From Flaccisagitta enflata (taxonomy: Eukaryota), in assembly GCA_965153355.1 (NCBI GenBank), contig OZ231126.1:17732001-17796000 (forward strand): a DNA stretch of 64,000 nt. Direction: 5' to 3'. This document shows, in pieces, positions 13,700 through 29,554 of the stretch. The notes under the pieces are model-generated. The model made no database searches. It was not told the origin of the DNA and saw nothing but the letters and a program-made list of their open reading frames with translations. Made by a program: the position numbers and the translations under genes. Position 1 is the stretch's first letter. The number at the start of each line of letters is the position of its first letter.

Positions 13700-14302
13700 G
13701 TGAAATGAGAGTGAGCAGATGCAGGCGTGTGCATTGATCGAGGAGATGGGTTAGACTTGCGAATAAAATTGGGGTGAATTGCTGCATAGAAAAGAAAATC
13801 GATTTTCTCGTCGCGACAATTCTCTTTTTGAACTTGAGTCTCTTTTTGTCTCCCTAAGCTGTCGCCATCAATTTGGTTGTGCAATATGTTGACATCGCCT
13901 TTCAAGAAAGATGAAAATCAGTTATTGGATTTTCATCCTTTTGTTAGAGAAATATTGAAATCAAATCCCTTTTATGATGACAGAAGCGGAATTTGAGGCA
14001 ATTCGTTTCTGAAGTCATCTCGCGATGCGTTGGCATTTTCTCCAACTTGTACAATATTCGATTTTGAGGACGAAAAAAAGTCAAAATATTAATGCCCAAG
14101 TTGGGTGTTGATAAAGCAAACACGAAGAATTTGTTTATTTCATTCTGCATACGTAAAATTGTACGAGACTTGAGAGATATAGAAGAATCCATTGTCGTGC
14201 TGTTACATCGTGTTGTTACATCGACGTGAATAAATGATATATATATTATACCGTCAAATCGAATTTCAATATCATAACACGAAATAATGAGGCAACCGAA
14301 AG

Positions 14303-14333
<31 letters not shown>

Positions 14334-15214
14334 CATGAAAACTGACAAGTAGCGTTTCTAAAGTTGACGATGAATATAGTGTACTTCAACGTCCTCCGAA
14401 CCATGTAATGTCGCCACTAGGAGATTGACTGATTGTGTCCAAACTGCTTAAATTTTGGTTATTGATGTTTCGAAAAAGGAAATCAAGAAGACGGCTTAAA
14501 CTAGTGTGAAAATAGACTTAAACTTATGAATGAACGAATGACAGCACTGACCATCAGACATTCTGTTTGTTTTTTTAGGAAACGGAGTTGGCAAAACTTG
14601 TGCCTTTTCTTTGTTGATTTTTTTTTAAAGGCGTAAATGACACGAATGCAGGAACCATGCAGTCTTGAATCTTTCTTTTTTTTTTCTTTTTTTTTTCTTT
14701 TTTGACCGACCCAATTCATAATGGACAACGTCATGTCAGTCTGTCGCTTGCTCCGTCATTCAATCCGTCGGTCGTGACAGCGGTCATTTTATTCCATACA
14801 CGTTTGAGCGTTGGTTGTACCTATTGATCTTGGTTGGGTTTAAGCTTGTTTCTGTCCAATAATAACGTATCCCGTAAATCGTCGAATGGTCGAAAAAGAG
14901 GCAATACGTGATTGGAGAAGCACATAACTCGAGAAACATCAAAAAATTCTTCTGTTACTAACGCAATGACTCTTTTTGTCGCATTTGCCATGTTTCACTT
15001 ATTTATGTCGAAGTTGCGTAACTCTGTTTCCTTTTATCTTCGACGTTTTTTTTTTCTTTCGGGGTTTCCATTTGCAATTTTCAGGACGAATAAAGCTGTC
15101 GCTGAAAAAAAAGAGGAGGAAAGAACAACTCAAGAAACATCCAAATTCCTTCTGTTACCAATGACTCGAGATCCATCGTAATGTAATGATTGCTACTTGG
15201 AAACCCGAGATGGA

Positions 15215-15334
<120 letters not shown>

Positions 15335-16075
15335 TACACAGCAGGATCGAGACTGACCAATGGCTCTTCTCTCAAAACTGTTTTTGTGAAGGATTGCTGT
15401 GTGTGTGTGTGTGTTTGTACCGCGTGTAGTTTTCTTTCTAAATCCCGCTTCAGGCTGTAAGTCTCCTCCTTTCACTTTTTCTCTTTCTTGTTTTTTTTTC
15501 TTTCTTTTTCATCTCTTCTTGGACGAGGGTACAGAGGGAGAGAGAGAGCTCGTTCTATTCTCTTCATCCTTTTCTTCATAGGTGAATCAGTTCTTCCCTT
15601 TTCTTTTCTTCTTTTCTCTTCTCCTTCTTTTGCCCTTTTGTTATTTGTACTTCTTTCTTTTTTTTCCATTTCTTTTCTTCATCTTTTTCTTCTTCGTTTT
15701 CTTTTCATGTTTGCTCTGCGCATTCGCCAGTTTCTCGACGCTTTGCCTTTGAATTAGGCCTTTTTGTTTGTTCCCTTGGGTTGGAGTTTGAGTGACGGTA
15801 AGGAATACACGATGACTCAATCCTTTCTATCCTAATCTCTCTGCAGGGCTACCCTTTTCTATCCGTATTTCTGTCAATCAGCAAGTGCGCCTTCATAACA
15901 ATCTGGTTTTCTGTCTGTCTTTCTGCGTGTCTTCTATGTCTGTTTGTCTACACTCTTTCTAGTTTCGGTTTGTCGGAGTGCTTAAATGTCAGTCAGAATG
16001 TCCTCAAACAGCTGTTTGGTGTGTAGATCGGTTTCTGTCTCTATATCTGTCTAAATCTAACTGTGTGTTTATGTG

Positions 16076-16110
<35 letters not shown>

Positions 16111-16123
16111 GTGTCTGTCTGTG

Positions 16124-16257
<134 letters not shown>

Positions 16258-17750
16258 CCTTTTGCATAAACACACAAACACAATCAGGCACATTTCACGA
16301 TCTGCATTTCAGCCATCTGTTAGTGTTGTAATCCTCCTGAGCTGTTCAAATAGACGGACTGCAGGTGATTGCCCGAATCGCGATGTAGGTCCGTCTGTTG
16401 GTCCTTTAATCATTCGTCTCTTACTCTTGGTAAGCAACTTTTCGCCCCACTCGCGCTCTAACGATTTTGCGACACTTGAACAGCTTTAAATTTCAAAGTT
16501 GGATCATGCCAATATGATAGAACGTGACGCTTGACGACGATGTTTGTATGATGTTTGCTTCACGACATTTCACTTTCCGAAAGCCATTCCCACTTTTGCA
16601 GTTCCCTATCCGGCTTTGTAAAAGACCTCAAGCAAGGGTCAGGAGGTATCAAAAGAGTTCGTTATCATCTTCTCATATACACATTGTAAAGAAATTTTTC
16701 GAAAATTGTTCAAAGATTTGTTTCGTAAATTTAAATTTTAAAAGCTTTCACAAAAAAAGAAGGCTGATTTACAGCCCCGAGAGGATCGATATATATCTCA
16801 TCGAAAAAAGGAGGGCCAATTTGTTAAAAATCGAGAATAACAAGGCCCTTTGGGACATAGTAAAAGAAACAGATGATGATAAGTGTTGAAATTAAAAACA
16901 AAGGCATATTGAAATGGATATAAAAAGGCAGGAACGAAACATGATAAAAGTGATCATATATTTCGATCAAATCTTTTTTTTTTTTGTTTTTGTTTTTCAA
17001 TTCATTTTGTTTGTTTTGTTTTTAGGGGGGAACAAGTTAAAATAATCTTTTTTACAATTAGCAAAATTGAGAGAAATGAAAAAAGTTGCATGGAAGTGAC
17101 AGACCGCCGCTCACAGAGACAAGCACCAACCGATTCCTCCTCCGAGCGACAACTGAAAGAGACCGAGTTTAGGCGGATTTTTGTCTGACGAGAGAAGGAA
17201 GACACAGAGCGACCTCCTGATGGGTCAAAAAAAAAAAAAAAGAATTGCCTTTCATTAAATCAATTAAATGAATGTCAGAATTATAAGAAGAATTTTTAGA
17301 GATTTGTTGAAAGCTATAATCTCACGCGGAATTCCAGAGATGATGAAGAAAGGGAACAAAGAAAATCTAGGATGAATAAAACAACGGGGAGCTCAGGAAA
17401 GATGCCAAGACCCATGACGCTGATTACCCTACGTGGCGACAAGAAGGCCAGCCTCTGTCAACATTTATTTATATTTACCTTTCTTTTTTTTTTTGTCTAG
17501 ATATCTTATCATCATTTAATCGTTCATTCATCCATTCGTTTATTGGTTCATTAATTTTCCCATTCATTCATTCATTCATTCATTCCATTATTCTTTCATT
17601 CATTCGTTCATTCTTATATTCTGTGATTCATACATCACATCTTCACTTGATCATTCCGAGCAGGGCGTCGGGTGCCGCTGACCATGTGCGATCCTTGGAT
17701 GACTTGCTCTTCGACAAAGCATTCTGTCCGTCGGTATGTTTTTCCTCATT

Positions 17751-17858
<108 letters not shown>

Positions 17859-17953
17859 AATGAAAATTCCAAATATCAAATTTTCGCCAATCAGTTTAAA
17901 AATCATGTTACACAAAATCATGACGCACTCGGGAGAGAGTTGATGTTTTTTTT

Positions 17954-18065
<112 letters not shown>

Positions 18066-18265
18066 CCCTTCGGGATTTTGACTTTTATTTCTAATTGAAT
18101 TAGGAACAGTTTTAAACTGCGTTTATGAAACTTGAGCAAAGCGAAAAAAGGCGCCCTAGAATTACTTTCCCCATCATTGAAGTTGTTGTTGTTGTTGTTG
18201 TTGTTGTTGTCGTTGTCGTTGTCGTTGCTGTTGTTTTCGTCGTTGTGGTCGTTGTTGTTGTCGTC

Positions 18266-18331
<66 letters not shown>

Positions 18332-18424
18332 ATTTAAAGGAAATTTCTCATTTCTTTGTCTACTGTAATATTTCCGGAAATCCGTTTGGAATCCGTTTTT
18401 TTTTTTTTTTTTTTTGGTGGTTTT

Positions 18425-18602
18425 TTTTAATAGTAGCGGGCTAGCCACTCTATGAAAGGCTTTGTCTGTCCGTCGGTCCGTCCGTCCTTCCATCTGTCCG
18501 TGGGTGTAAAAACATTGTTGTTGCCGCGGTTTTGATAGTGTGTGTCTGAATTTTGAGATAGGGGTTGTATGCCACTGCCCTCGTCACCCCGCGTCACTTG
18601 TT
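18425..18602 (+). mobile_element. Degenerate HINE-like element
   Basis: T-run, agtagcgggctagccactctat, (gtcc)n, ends gtcaccccgcgtcacttgtt. Confidence 0.65.
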
Positions 18603-19367
18603 TTGTTTTTTTCTAGCTGATAAGAATTTTCTTTCTTTTCTATTATTATTTTAACGAGGCAAAGATTAGTTCGACCCCCCCCCCCCGCCGGTTTGCGTCT
18701 TGACGTCTCTTTGCGTCTTGACGATGACATCTCCGCGCCTCTTCTTTGTCGTTATCCATCTTTCAGTCTTTTCATTGATCTTCGAAGAGAATTCAAAGAT
18801 AATTCCTTTCAAGCAGATTATAAAAGTGAAGAAGCTTCTTTATCAACGACTGCACTCAATTCTTCAGCAAGTTCAAGTTCACTGTCTCAGAGATATAATA
18901 TATGCCCAAGTAACTTGTAAATTCGCGTTTCTTTCAATGGTTCACTAAGGTAGAAAGTGAAGCTATAACTTTGCAGTTTACGCAAGAGCACATAAACCAA
19001 ATGCCTCATACAGAGTAATGAAAATCGTATTGCTCATAGATTCAAAATGTTTGAAGATGACATGGTTCGTAAATATTTTGTTCTTGCACAGTGGAGCTGG
19101 TGAAGAGAGAAAGAATAAAATTATCGTTATCACATTTTTCTTCTCATTTACTTTCTCTTTCTTTTGTATCCATTTACATGGTAAAGTTGGCACAATCATC
19201 TTGTACTCAGCTGGGCTCTTCAACAATGGTTACACATGCCAATGGAAAGATCGTTTGCGTATTTTTTTTCTTTCCATCCCTTTATTAGATATCGTTCGTT
19301 ATCTTCATTTTTTACAGCGTGTCTGACGGTCGGACGGACGGTCGGACGGTGGCCGGTGAGTCAGTTA

Positions 19368-19698
19368 CCGTATTTTTTCTAAAAAGCGCCCCGGGCGCTT
19401 TTGAAATTGAAACAAAGCTTGGCTTTTTAACCCTCCAATTAGCGCCCCCTTTATATTGTAGATGAACTGTCATTTAGTTTATCTTTTTCATGAAAGGCTT
19501 CCAAAATGCTAAATTTGACTCAAAATGGAGATATTCCTTGCATATATCTGTTTGAAAGTCTTTGAAACTGGCTCATTGTGTTGTTTTATATCATGATTTT
19601 GCTCAATATTTTTGTTCAAATCTCTTCTGAAAAATATAACACTAAGAAAAGAAAGGGGGGCGCTTTTTGGAGGGGGGCGCTTTTTAGAAAAAATACGG
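19368..19698. mobile_element. Tc1/mariner-pogo-like MITE, family copy 2 (opposite orientation to 1248-1563)
   Basis: TA|CCGTATTTTTTCTAAAAAGCGCCCC...GGGGCGCTTTTTAGAAAAAATACGG|TA. Confidence 0.9.
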
Positions 19699-19842
19699 TA
19701 GTTGGTTTTTCATTCTCCTCATCCACGCCAGTTCGACCGTTTATTTGATAATGTTTTCATAACCATTCTCTGTTTAATAATCATGCCGCGTAAATTGTCA
19801 AGCATAAAAAGGAGACCGGAGATGATGGAGTACGTATAAGCA

Positions 19843-20017
19843 TTTTTAGTCGCGGACTAGCGACTCTATAAGAGGCTTTGTCCGTCCGTCCGTTGGTTGG
19901 TCGGTTGGTCGGTTGGTTGGTCGGTCCGTGGTGATCGAGTCGGAAAGTGGGAAAACACGCATTTCCGCCCCTGCCCACCCGTCCGCGACTGGTATTGGCC
20001 GTGTATCCGGCCTTGTT
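19843..20017 (+). mobile_element. Full-length HINE/DINE-1-like element
   Basis: ttttt-agtcgcggactagcgact-ctataagagg-(gtcc/gttg)n...gtccgcgact (IR of the 5' end)-ggccgtgtatccggcc-ttgtt. Confidence 0.85.
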
Positions 20018-20665
20018 AAAAAAGACGCTTTGTTTTGAAATTTCTTATCTGTCTTTTGTTTCGTTCATCATCAATTCTAATGATTTTCTTTTCTTTTTTT
20101 TAGATTTTCGATTCTATCAATTTTGTATCTGGCTTGGAGTTAAAACGCCGATAGAGTAAAAGCATCTATCCATGGTCGATATGATGTGATATCTCTTACA
20201 AATTGAGAAGAGCGGTTGAAAAGATATTTGAGCCGAATGATTGTAGAATGAGAGAGAGAGAGAGCTAAAACGGAGAAAAGTATATATAAAAGATGTGAGA
20301 GAAACAAAGAGAGTGAAAGGCTTGTTTTGTCGAACACGATACATGCCGTAATAAGGGCGCGTGATAGGGGGGAAAAGAAAAAGTCATCTCTCTCTCTCTC
20401 TCTCTCTTCCTTGAGTGACTAATGTTGTTTCGATGATAGACCGAGCGAGCGGTTGTCTTTACCGACCGTTGAATTCACGGATTCATGTGTATAATAATCG
20501 ATGTTGGACGATTTCGTCATCGTTATCGTCATCGATTATGTATAACATTTTCGTTGATTCAGTCGTTGAATTATTGTTATCACTGCCTCTGGTTTCAGTT
20601 TTCAAATGTTTGTTTCCCTGGAATTGTTGTCATATCTTCCTTCGATAAAGATATCAATTTTCATA

Positions 20666-21110
<445 letters not shown>

Positions 21111-21682
21111 GACCTTCACATCCCTGTTTTCATCAATAAAATCATCGTCTTTGTCACCTTTTTTCAGCAATATCATCTTTGTTTTTGTGGTCATCTTTGT
21201 TTTCATCATTATGTTATCCATTGTCTTTGGCCTCATTGTTTCGTTGTTATTAGCATCGTCATTGTCATTGTCCTTGTCTCGCTCACGTAAAATAAATCAA
21301 TTCATCCACTCATTCATTCATCTCATCATTACAATCATGGTTTCTGTCCTTATCGTCCTCGTTATCGTTGTAGTCATTATCGTTGTAGTCATCGTCATCA
21401 TTGTCCTCGTCCTAGTTGTTTTCAGCATTACAATCATCATCTCTGTCCTTGTCATCGATATCATCATCGTCACTGTCCTTGTTCTAGTTGTTTTCATCGG
21501 TATCGTCATCGATAAGCAGTCTTATTTTTGACGTCTGTTGTCATGACATTTCTGGTTTTGAAGGAAGTCGCGTGCGGCTTAAATGTGATTGACCGCCACA
21601 CATTAGGCCTGAGGGCTACGAATGGCGAAGGGCCGTACACCTTCATTTTCCGACTACATTCCAACCGTCAGGTCACACGCCC

Positions 21683-21684
<2 letters not shown>

Positions 21685-21714
<30 letters not shown>

Positions 21715-21784
21715 GCTTTCTTGCTTTCTTGCTTTCTTGCTTTCTTGCTTTCTTGCTTTCTTTCTTTCTTGCTTTCTTGCTTTT

Positions 21785-21832
<48 letters not shown>

Positions 21833-21871
21833 TCCTTTTTCCGTTCTTTCTTTCTGTCTTTCTTCCTTCCC

Positions 21872-21907
<36 letters not shown>

Positions 21908-21908
21908 G

Positions 21909-21947
<39 letters not shown>

Positions 21948-21964
21948 TCCTTCTTTCTTTCTTT

Positions 21965-22003
<39 letters not shown>

Positions 22004-22052
22004 TCTTTCTTCCTTTCTGTCTTTCCTTTTTCCGTTCTTTCTTTCCTTTTTC

Positions 22053-22111
<59 letters not shown>

Positions 22112-22141
22112 ACTTTCTTTCTTTCTTTATTTCTTTCTTTC
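21685..22141. repeat. (CTTT)n/(CTTG)n microsatellite
   Basis: Direct reading; similar tracts at 29340-29772, 41275-41785, 51866-52156 and 57455-57810. Confidence 0.95.
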
Positions 22142-22500
<359 letters not shown>

Positions 22501-23266
22501 TTTTGCTGTTTGATATAGGTCGTCTGTCTAAGTCGCGTTTTGACGGGTCTTCGCGACTGAGGATGATTTCGATCATTCATAAATCTACAACAATCGTAGC
22601 CATGGGATGATTTTGGATCAGTCATAACCATCAGATGAGTTCATCATGACCACATGTTGCCGTTGTCAGACAGGCAAGGACTCAACTTATGATGGAGGAA
22701 ATTGACAGTGCTTCATGGTAAAAATTGACGATTAGAATGTTATATTGTAATACGATTTGAGCACATTCCTAGACGCTTGTTCAGCGATTATATGCGAAGG
22801 TTTGTCTGTAAGTGCGTTCGTAGTCATAGGTAGGTCCGTGGGTCCACACAATATTTTGAGTGACGCAAAATCGCTCGAAATAGCTTTTTCTGCGATTCAT
22901 ATCATTACTGCCCCTACACAACCTCATAAATATGAACCCGGCCTTGGTCATCATCACCGCCCCTATCACTGCCACTGCTACTCATTGAGGCCGCATTAAA
23001 TGATGATATAGCCTTTTTGCGAAATAAAAATTCTTGTATTAGGTAACGACTTTCTCTGACTGTGGAAGAAAAACATAAAGACATTCGACAAATTTTTGGT
23101 AAAAGTACTCGGAATTTCACAATTCATTAGGGGGGGGTTGCTTTGAGGGATAATGGAAAGCAAAGAAAGGGACGAAAAGAAATAGGTCAAAGATGACTTC
23201 AGGCCTCGCGAATAGGACATGTTAAGTTAAATCTGGAAAGAGAGAGAGAGAGAGAGAGAATAAGAA

Positions 23267-23369
<103 letters not shown>

Positions 23370-23512
23370 ATTGAATCTGCCCAGGTGAAGGTTTCTCTGG
23401 AAGCCTCCACGACAGGAGGGCGACCGAGGCGACATGTGGGAAAACCGCGGGGGAGGCGATGAAAGAAGCGCGGGAGATTTGACTCCATTCCTTGACAACA
23501 AACTAGGAAATG

Positions 23513-23664
<152 letters not shown>

Positions 23665-24339
23665 AAGAGAAGGACAGACTGACAGAAAGAGACAGAGAAA
23701 GAGACCGAGAAAGAGACAAACAGAGAGGGTATAAAGGACATTATTCGTGTTTTGTCGCACGTTAAACATTTTTAGTCGCGTATACGCGACTCTACAACCC
23801 GCCCTGTCGGTCTGTCGGTCTGGTTTGGGTCTGTCGGTCGGTCGGGCTCGTTCGCCCATAATACTTTGCTTTTTGGGCAATGTTCAGTGTGGGCCGACAT
23901 GTCCTGTAGGATACAGGAATTTCAGACGTCCGCACGTCCTTCCATCCGCCTGGGTCAGTTATCGGTGCCATATTCACTCAGGCCTGATTCAGGCCTTCAA
24001 GCCCTCAAATTAGCTCTCCAGCCCCAAATCGCCTCTCATGCATCAAATCAGCTCCAGGCCCTTCAAACCGCCTCTCAAGTGCATCAAAATCAGCCCTCCA
24101 GGCCTCAAATCTGCCCCCGACCTCAAACCCAATCCTCAGCATAACCTCCCCGCACTGCCCCGCCTCAATTACCTCTTAGGCCTGCTATATCTCCTCTCAG
24201 ACGCCTGGAAATTCCCCTGTTGCCCTACAGGACATCGGCCCTCAGCCGTCGCCTGCTCCACTCACTATCACTGGGTCACCCTTAAAGAGGCATCTAAACA
24301 CGACTATACAAAGTATCCTTGACGACTAGTTTTCATCTT

Positions 24340-24760
24340 TTTGGTCAGTCCGAGTTATTTTGAGCTATTTTTTGTTGTTTTGGAATTATTGGTTGCTTTT
24401 AGTCATTTTTGGTTATTTTGGGTCCGCTTTGGTCATTACGGTCATTTCTGTCATTTTTCATTTTTTGTCATTTTTGGTCATTTTGTGCCATTTTCGTTAT
24501 TTTTGTCATTTTCAGTCATTTGGTCATTTTTGGTCATTTTTTGGTCATTTTTGGTCATTTGGGTCATTTTGTCTATTTTTTAGTCATTTTTGTCCATTTT
24601 TTGTCAATTTTGGTTATTTTTGGTCATTATTCTTAGCCATTTGGTCATTTTTGGGTCATTTCGTCATTTTTTTATCATTTTCATTATTTTGGTTATTGTC
24701 ATGCTGGTCGTTGGGTCATTTTGACATTTTTGGTCATCTTTGGTCATCTTTGGTCAAAGT
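24340..24760. repeat. Degenerate 9-10-bp satellite (ttttggtca)n
   Basis: Direct reading. Confidence 0.9.
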
Positions 24761-24779
24761 CTTCACAAAGTCTGTTGGG

Positions 24780-25560
24780 TAAAGCCCGCTTACTTAAATC
24801 ATGGTTTAAGTCCGCTGGTTTAAATTTAATGGGTTAAGTCTGCTCAAGAAACCATTTCGTTTAACTGCATTTGGTCTCATGGTTAATCTAATGTTTGGTC
24901 ATTTTGGTCAATGGTTTAAGTCTGCTGGTTTGGTCCGCTTGTTTAATGATATTAAAGATAAGTATGGTTTAAGTCTGGTTTAAGTCTGGTTTAAGTCTGG
25001 TTAGATAATTTTATCTGGTTAAGTCTGGTTAAGTCTGGTTTAAGACTGGTCGCGTCTGATTTGTTCATTTAGGTCTGGCAGGTCTGGTTTAGGTCTGGTG
25101 TATGTCTGGTTTTGTCTGGTTTATGTTTGATTTAGGTCTGATTTAGGTCTGGTTTGGTCTGGTTGGTTGGTTTCATTCTGGTTTGAGTCTGGTGAGTCTG
25201 GTTTGAGTCTGGTTTGGAGTCTGGTTTGATCTGGTTTGACCTGGTTTCCTGGCTTGAGCCTGGTTTAAGTCTGGTTTAAGCCCGTTTGAGTCTGGTTTGA
25301 GTCTGTTTGAGTCTGGTTTGAGTCTGGTTTGAGTCTGGTTTGAGTCTGGATTGAGTCTGGTTTGAGTCTGGTTTGAGTCTGGCTTAAATCTGGTTTATGT
25401 CTGGTTTATGTCTGGTTTATGTCTGTTTAGGTCTGTTTTCGGTCTGGTTTAATTCTGGTTTGAGTCTGGTTTGAGTCTGGTTTGAGTCTGGTTTGAGTCT
25501 CGTATGAGTCTGGTTTGAGTCTGGTTTGGGTCTGTTTTGGGTTGCGTTTAAGTCTGATTT
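24780..25560. repeat. 11-bp satellite (gtctggtttga/aa)n followed by a HINE 3' terminus
   Basis: Tandem units; followed at ~25611-25640 by gcacgcgacttataggtgttggccttgtt. Confidence 0.9.
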
Positions 25561-25865
25561 TCGATGAAAAGATACAATAAGGAGTCAGGTCAGTTCAGTT
25601 ATTTTTGTCCTGCACGCGACTTATAGGTGTTGGCCTTGTTTCATTATTCTTTGAATTAAGATCGATTTCCTTTGATCATTGTGTAGATGAAAAAAAGCGG
25701 AAGAGATTAAAATCTTTTTCCCAGTCGGCGTCTTAAAGAACAAGTGACGCGGGGTCACAATATAGTTGCGGACCAGTGGGCAGGGGCATCCAACCCCTAT
25801 CTACACCCCAACCCACCTGCAACACTCAAACATACACAACTAGTCATCCAAGGATCGCACATGGT

Positions 25866-26063
25866 TAGGCTAGGGTGAAACAACAGACCAGCCCCTCAGA
25901 AGACCAATTCTTCACTAAAACTCAGAAAATGGTCTTTCAAAAAAAACCATTCTAAATGATTGGTCTGCTGTGGTCTGCTAGAAAATTTTTTTTGAAAGAC
26001 CATTTTCTGAGTTTTAGTGAAGAATTGGTCTTCTGAGGGGCTGGTCTGTTGTTTCACCCTAGC
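25866..26063. mobile_element. Young foldback MITE inserted in a HINE tail
   Basis: Apparently perfect ~78-bp inverted arms (ggctagggtgaaacaacagacc...); cacatggt duplicated at 25858-25865 and 26064-26071. Confidence 0.85.
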
Positions 26064-27699
26064 CACATGGTCAGCGGTAACCGATGCCCTGCTTGGAACG
26101 ATCAAGCGAAATAGTGGAGAGAGAGCAGGGCAGCGGCCCCAAAGGGCCAATGTCCTATAGGACAAAGGGGTAATTTTGAGACATCCTGAGGTATATTAGG
26201 TGAAGATGGATAGAGGTCATTGAGGGCGGTTTTGAAGCCTGGAGGGCAGAATTAGGTTCTAAAGAGTAGATTTGAGGTTTGAGGGGTAGGCTTGAGGCCC
26301 AGAGGTAGAGCTTGAAAAAGGTTAGCCCGTAGATCTCAACAGTTCAGCTTTTGCTCTGAAATCAAATTCAACTGCGTGTAAGATAAAATCACTACGGCCA
26401 AACGCTAGCTTCTACAATCCCGGCAACGGCCCCGGCGGATAGAGTGCTAAGTTCTGCTTTGGATTTCAAATGAAAATTAGGAGATAAAAGCACCCACGAT
26501 TTTTAATATTAAATCAATTGACACAATGTTTCATACAATTTTCTGTTCATGCGCTCAGAGTTAAAGTCCGGGGACGTAAAGGTCAACTTAAGCACAGACA
26601 GTCATATTTTTTTTTAATCTATAGTATTTTACATTTATTATGGTCAATCTTTTTTTCATCGATGTTACTCATAAGGTTTGGCAGATATTTCACTTTTCTT
26701 ACTAGACCTACTTCCCTACTCGGATGAAGACTAAAGTAAAGGGGATTTTTATGAAGCAATTTTCCTTGTCATCATTGCCGTCTTATTATGCTGTAGTGAG
26801 AGACGCACTAACATTAACTCTCTACGGAAACATTTTTTTGAGGCGCCAAATGGCGTTTTGCAGATTACTGCATGCAGTTGGATTCACCTTTGGTGTTCTG
26901 ATGCAATTTATATGTATCAGCGTATATCTTTGTCTATTTATTCGTTGGTTTTAGCCAGTCTGTCTTTCTTTCTCAACGCGTAATGATACATTGGAAAGTT
27001 AACTCTGACTTAAAGAAAATGTTGGTGGAGATGAGTTTTAGAAAGAAGTCGTAGGATAAGTGATACCTTTTTTTCCGTCTTTTTATAATAAAAATTTTTA
27101 AACAACATCAAAACGAGTAATGCTGAAGACATATGATTTCCACAGTTTTATTCAGCGCCCTCACTTTAGTCAAATTGCTAAAAATGATTTTCGAGCGAGC
27201 TTTTTTACCCCCGCTGATATCGCCGCCTACCAGAGGACAAATTTGAGGCCTGAAGAGCTGATGTCAGGCCTGGAGGGTGGCCTATTCTGATGGCTCAGAG
27301 GGCCAAAATCAGGCCTGAGAGAGCAAAATTGAGGCCCCCAATGGCCAAGGGGGGGGACGGACGGACGGAAGGACGGACGTCTCGAATTTCCCCCCTGTGT
27401 CCTACAGGACATCGGCCCTTTGGGCCGCTGCCCAAAAAGTGTCGAAAATGCTCGCTTTCCCACTTTTCAACTCGATCACCATGACCGATGCAATGGACGG
27501 ACAAACGGACCGACGGACGGACAAAGCCTCTTATAGAGTTGCGTGTCCGCAACTAAAAAGGAGAGGACAAAGAACGCGATGAGCCGATGACGTGTACGTG
27601 TTGTTTCCACCATCATGACACATAAGAAACAACAAGGCCAGATATGTGTTACTTTCTTTGTTTTGACCGGACGTTTATGCAAAATGACGCAAAAAGCAA

Positions 27700-28285
27700 C
27701 AGTACGATGGGAGCAAAGACGACCTAGACTGGAGGATACGTTTTTGGTATTTTAATTTCATTTAATTTATAAAAAAATTGAGATCTACATCAATTAAAGG
27801 CTGCTCTGTTGCTAGAATATATCAGTTTTTTGTATTTTTCAACATGTGACTTCATTTTTCAACGTTCTAACCTAGCCCATTAGATGGAGCTAAAAATCTT
27901 ATATAATTTTCAAGACAAAAAAATCAGCTAAATTAGACTATTTGTACAGTTTTTACAGCTATCTTGCTAAAAGAACAATTATGTAAATCAATATATGGGC
28001 AAAGCTTAAAACAGGCATAAAACCTGTAAAAATGATCCAATTGAGCTGATTTTTTTTTTAAATTATATAAAATTTTTTGCTCAATCTGATGAGCTAAGTT
28101 AGAATATTGAAAAATGAAATTCTAATGAAGTCAAATCATAAGTTGAAAAATGAGAGAAACCAATATATTCAAGCAATATAGCTACTTTTAATCAACATTG
28201 ATCTTGATTTTTTTATATATTAAATAAAATTAAGATACCTTAAATCTTTCCTCCAGTCTAGGTCGTCTTTGCTCCCATCGTACTG
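27700..28285. mobile_element. Long palindromic MITE (Tc1/mariner-like CAGT end)
   Basis: CAGTACGATGGGAGCAAAGACGACCTAGACTGGAGGA is matched by a perfect inverted copy at the right end; imperfect symmetry extends most of the length; TA on the right flank only. Confidence 0.85.
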
Positions 28286-28568
28286 TAGGTTTTGAAATGA
28301 AAAGAATATAATGCGTCCAGTATTTCCTTGCATAACATGATAAGATATCAACAATTGCAACGTTGAACAATGTAACTTATCTCGGGTCCAATAAATTCCG
28401 GCATACCATTTAGTTTTGCTCTGACCACTAAAACCATTGTTATCCCTGGTAATCGATTTATGTTATTGACTATTTGTCTAATTGCAAGTTATATTGGACA
28501 ACACGTTTTATCGAATTTGTGATGGTGAAGAAAGGAAATTGTAAGGTTTTGTTCCGGTGTGATAAAAA

Positions 28569-28614
<46 letters not shown>

Positions 28615-29423
28615 ACTGATTGGCGGACGGAAAGACGCAGGGATGGTCGTCGAGCTGAGAAGTTTACGGCTTTGCTTTCTATCCTCTTCTTAAAATTGCG
28701 GAGTGGCCCTGGACAGCTTATAGTACTCGAAGTATTTCGCGCCATCAAAGTGTTTTGCGGTGACAAAGTATCACGCGATATCAAAGCGATACATCGAAGT
28801 CCTAAAATCCTGAATCGCCAAAATGAGACCAACCAACCAAAGGATGGGCAAACATGATCTATCATAGATCTGCAGGAATGCAGATAAAAAGACAATAAGA
28901 TAAAAATACTTTCGAGATTTGACAGACAGACGGATTGACCGAGCTCATAGATGTATAGACAAATGGATGAACTGATGAACCCCAAAAATGCTGATTCATC
29001 GAAATACTTCAAGGATTTACAGTTGTTAAATCTTTTTTCTTAAACTTGATTTTTTTCACACTTGATTTTTTTTCTTTCTTTTCTCTTTTATTCCACGTTT
29101 TTCTCATTTGTGCGATTTTTTATCATCATTTTACGAACATGAAAAAAAAGAGAAAAGAATAAAAAAAAAAAAAAAAAATGGATTAATCCGGCAGAAAAGA
29201 AAAGTGAAGTCGTTGTCTACAAGAAAATGAACCGAAGTAAAATCGTGGGAAGACCCAGTAGAGAAGGGAAGAGGAAAGAAGAAAATCTGGAGTTAATGAA
29301 GATAGAAGGTCAGAGAGCCAGAGACGGGATGAGAGAAGAAAGACAGAACAGAAAGACAGAAAGAAAGAAAGAAGAATAAGAAAGAAAGAAAGAAAGAAAG
29401 AAAGAAAAAAAGAAAGAAATAAA

Positions 29424-29500
<77 letters not shown>

Positions 29501-29508
29501 CAAGGAAA

Positions 29509-29554
<46 letters not shown>

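Noticed and set aside
19843..20017. Interspersed family as a tRNA-derived SINE
   Set aside because: No A/B boxes or TSDs; terminal hairpins and TT junctions fit rolling-circle elements better.
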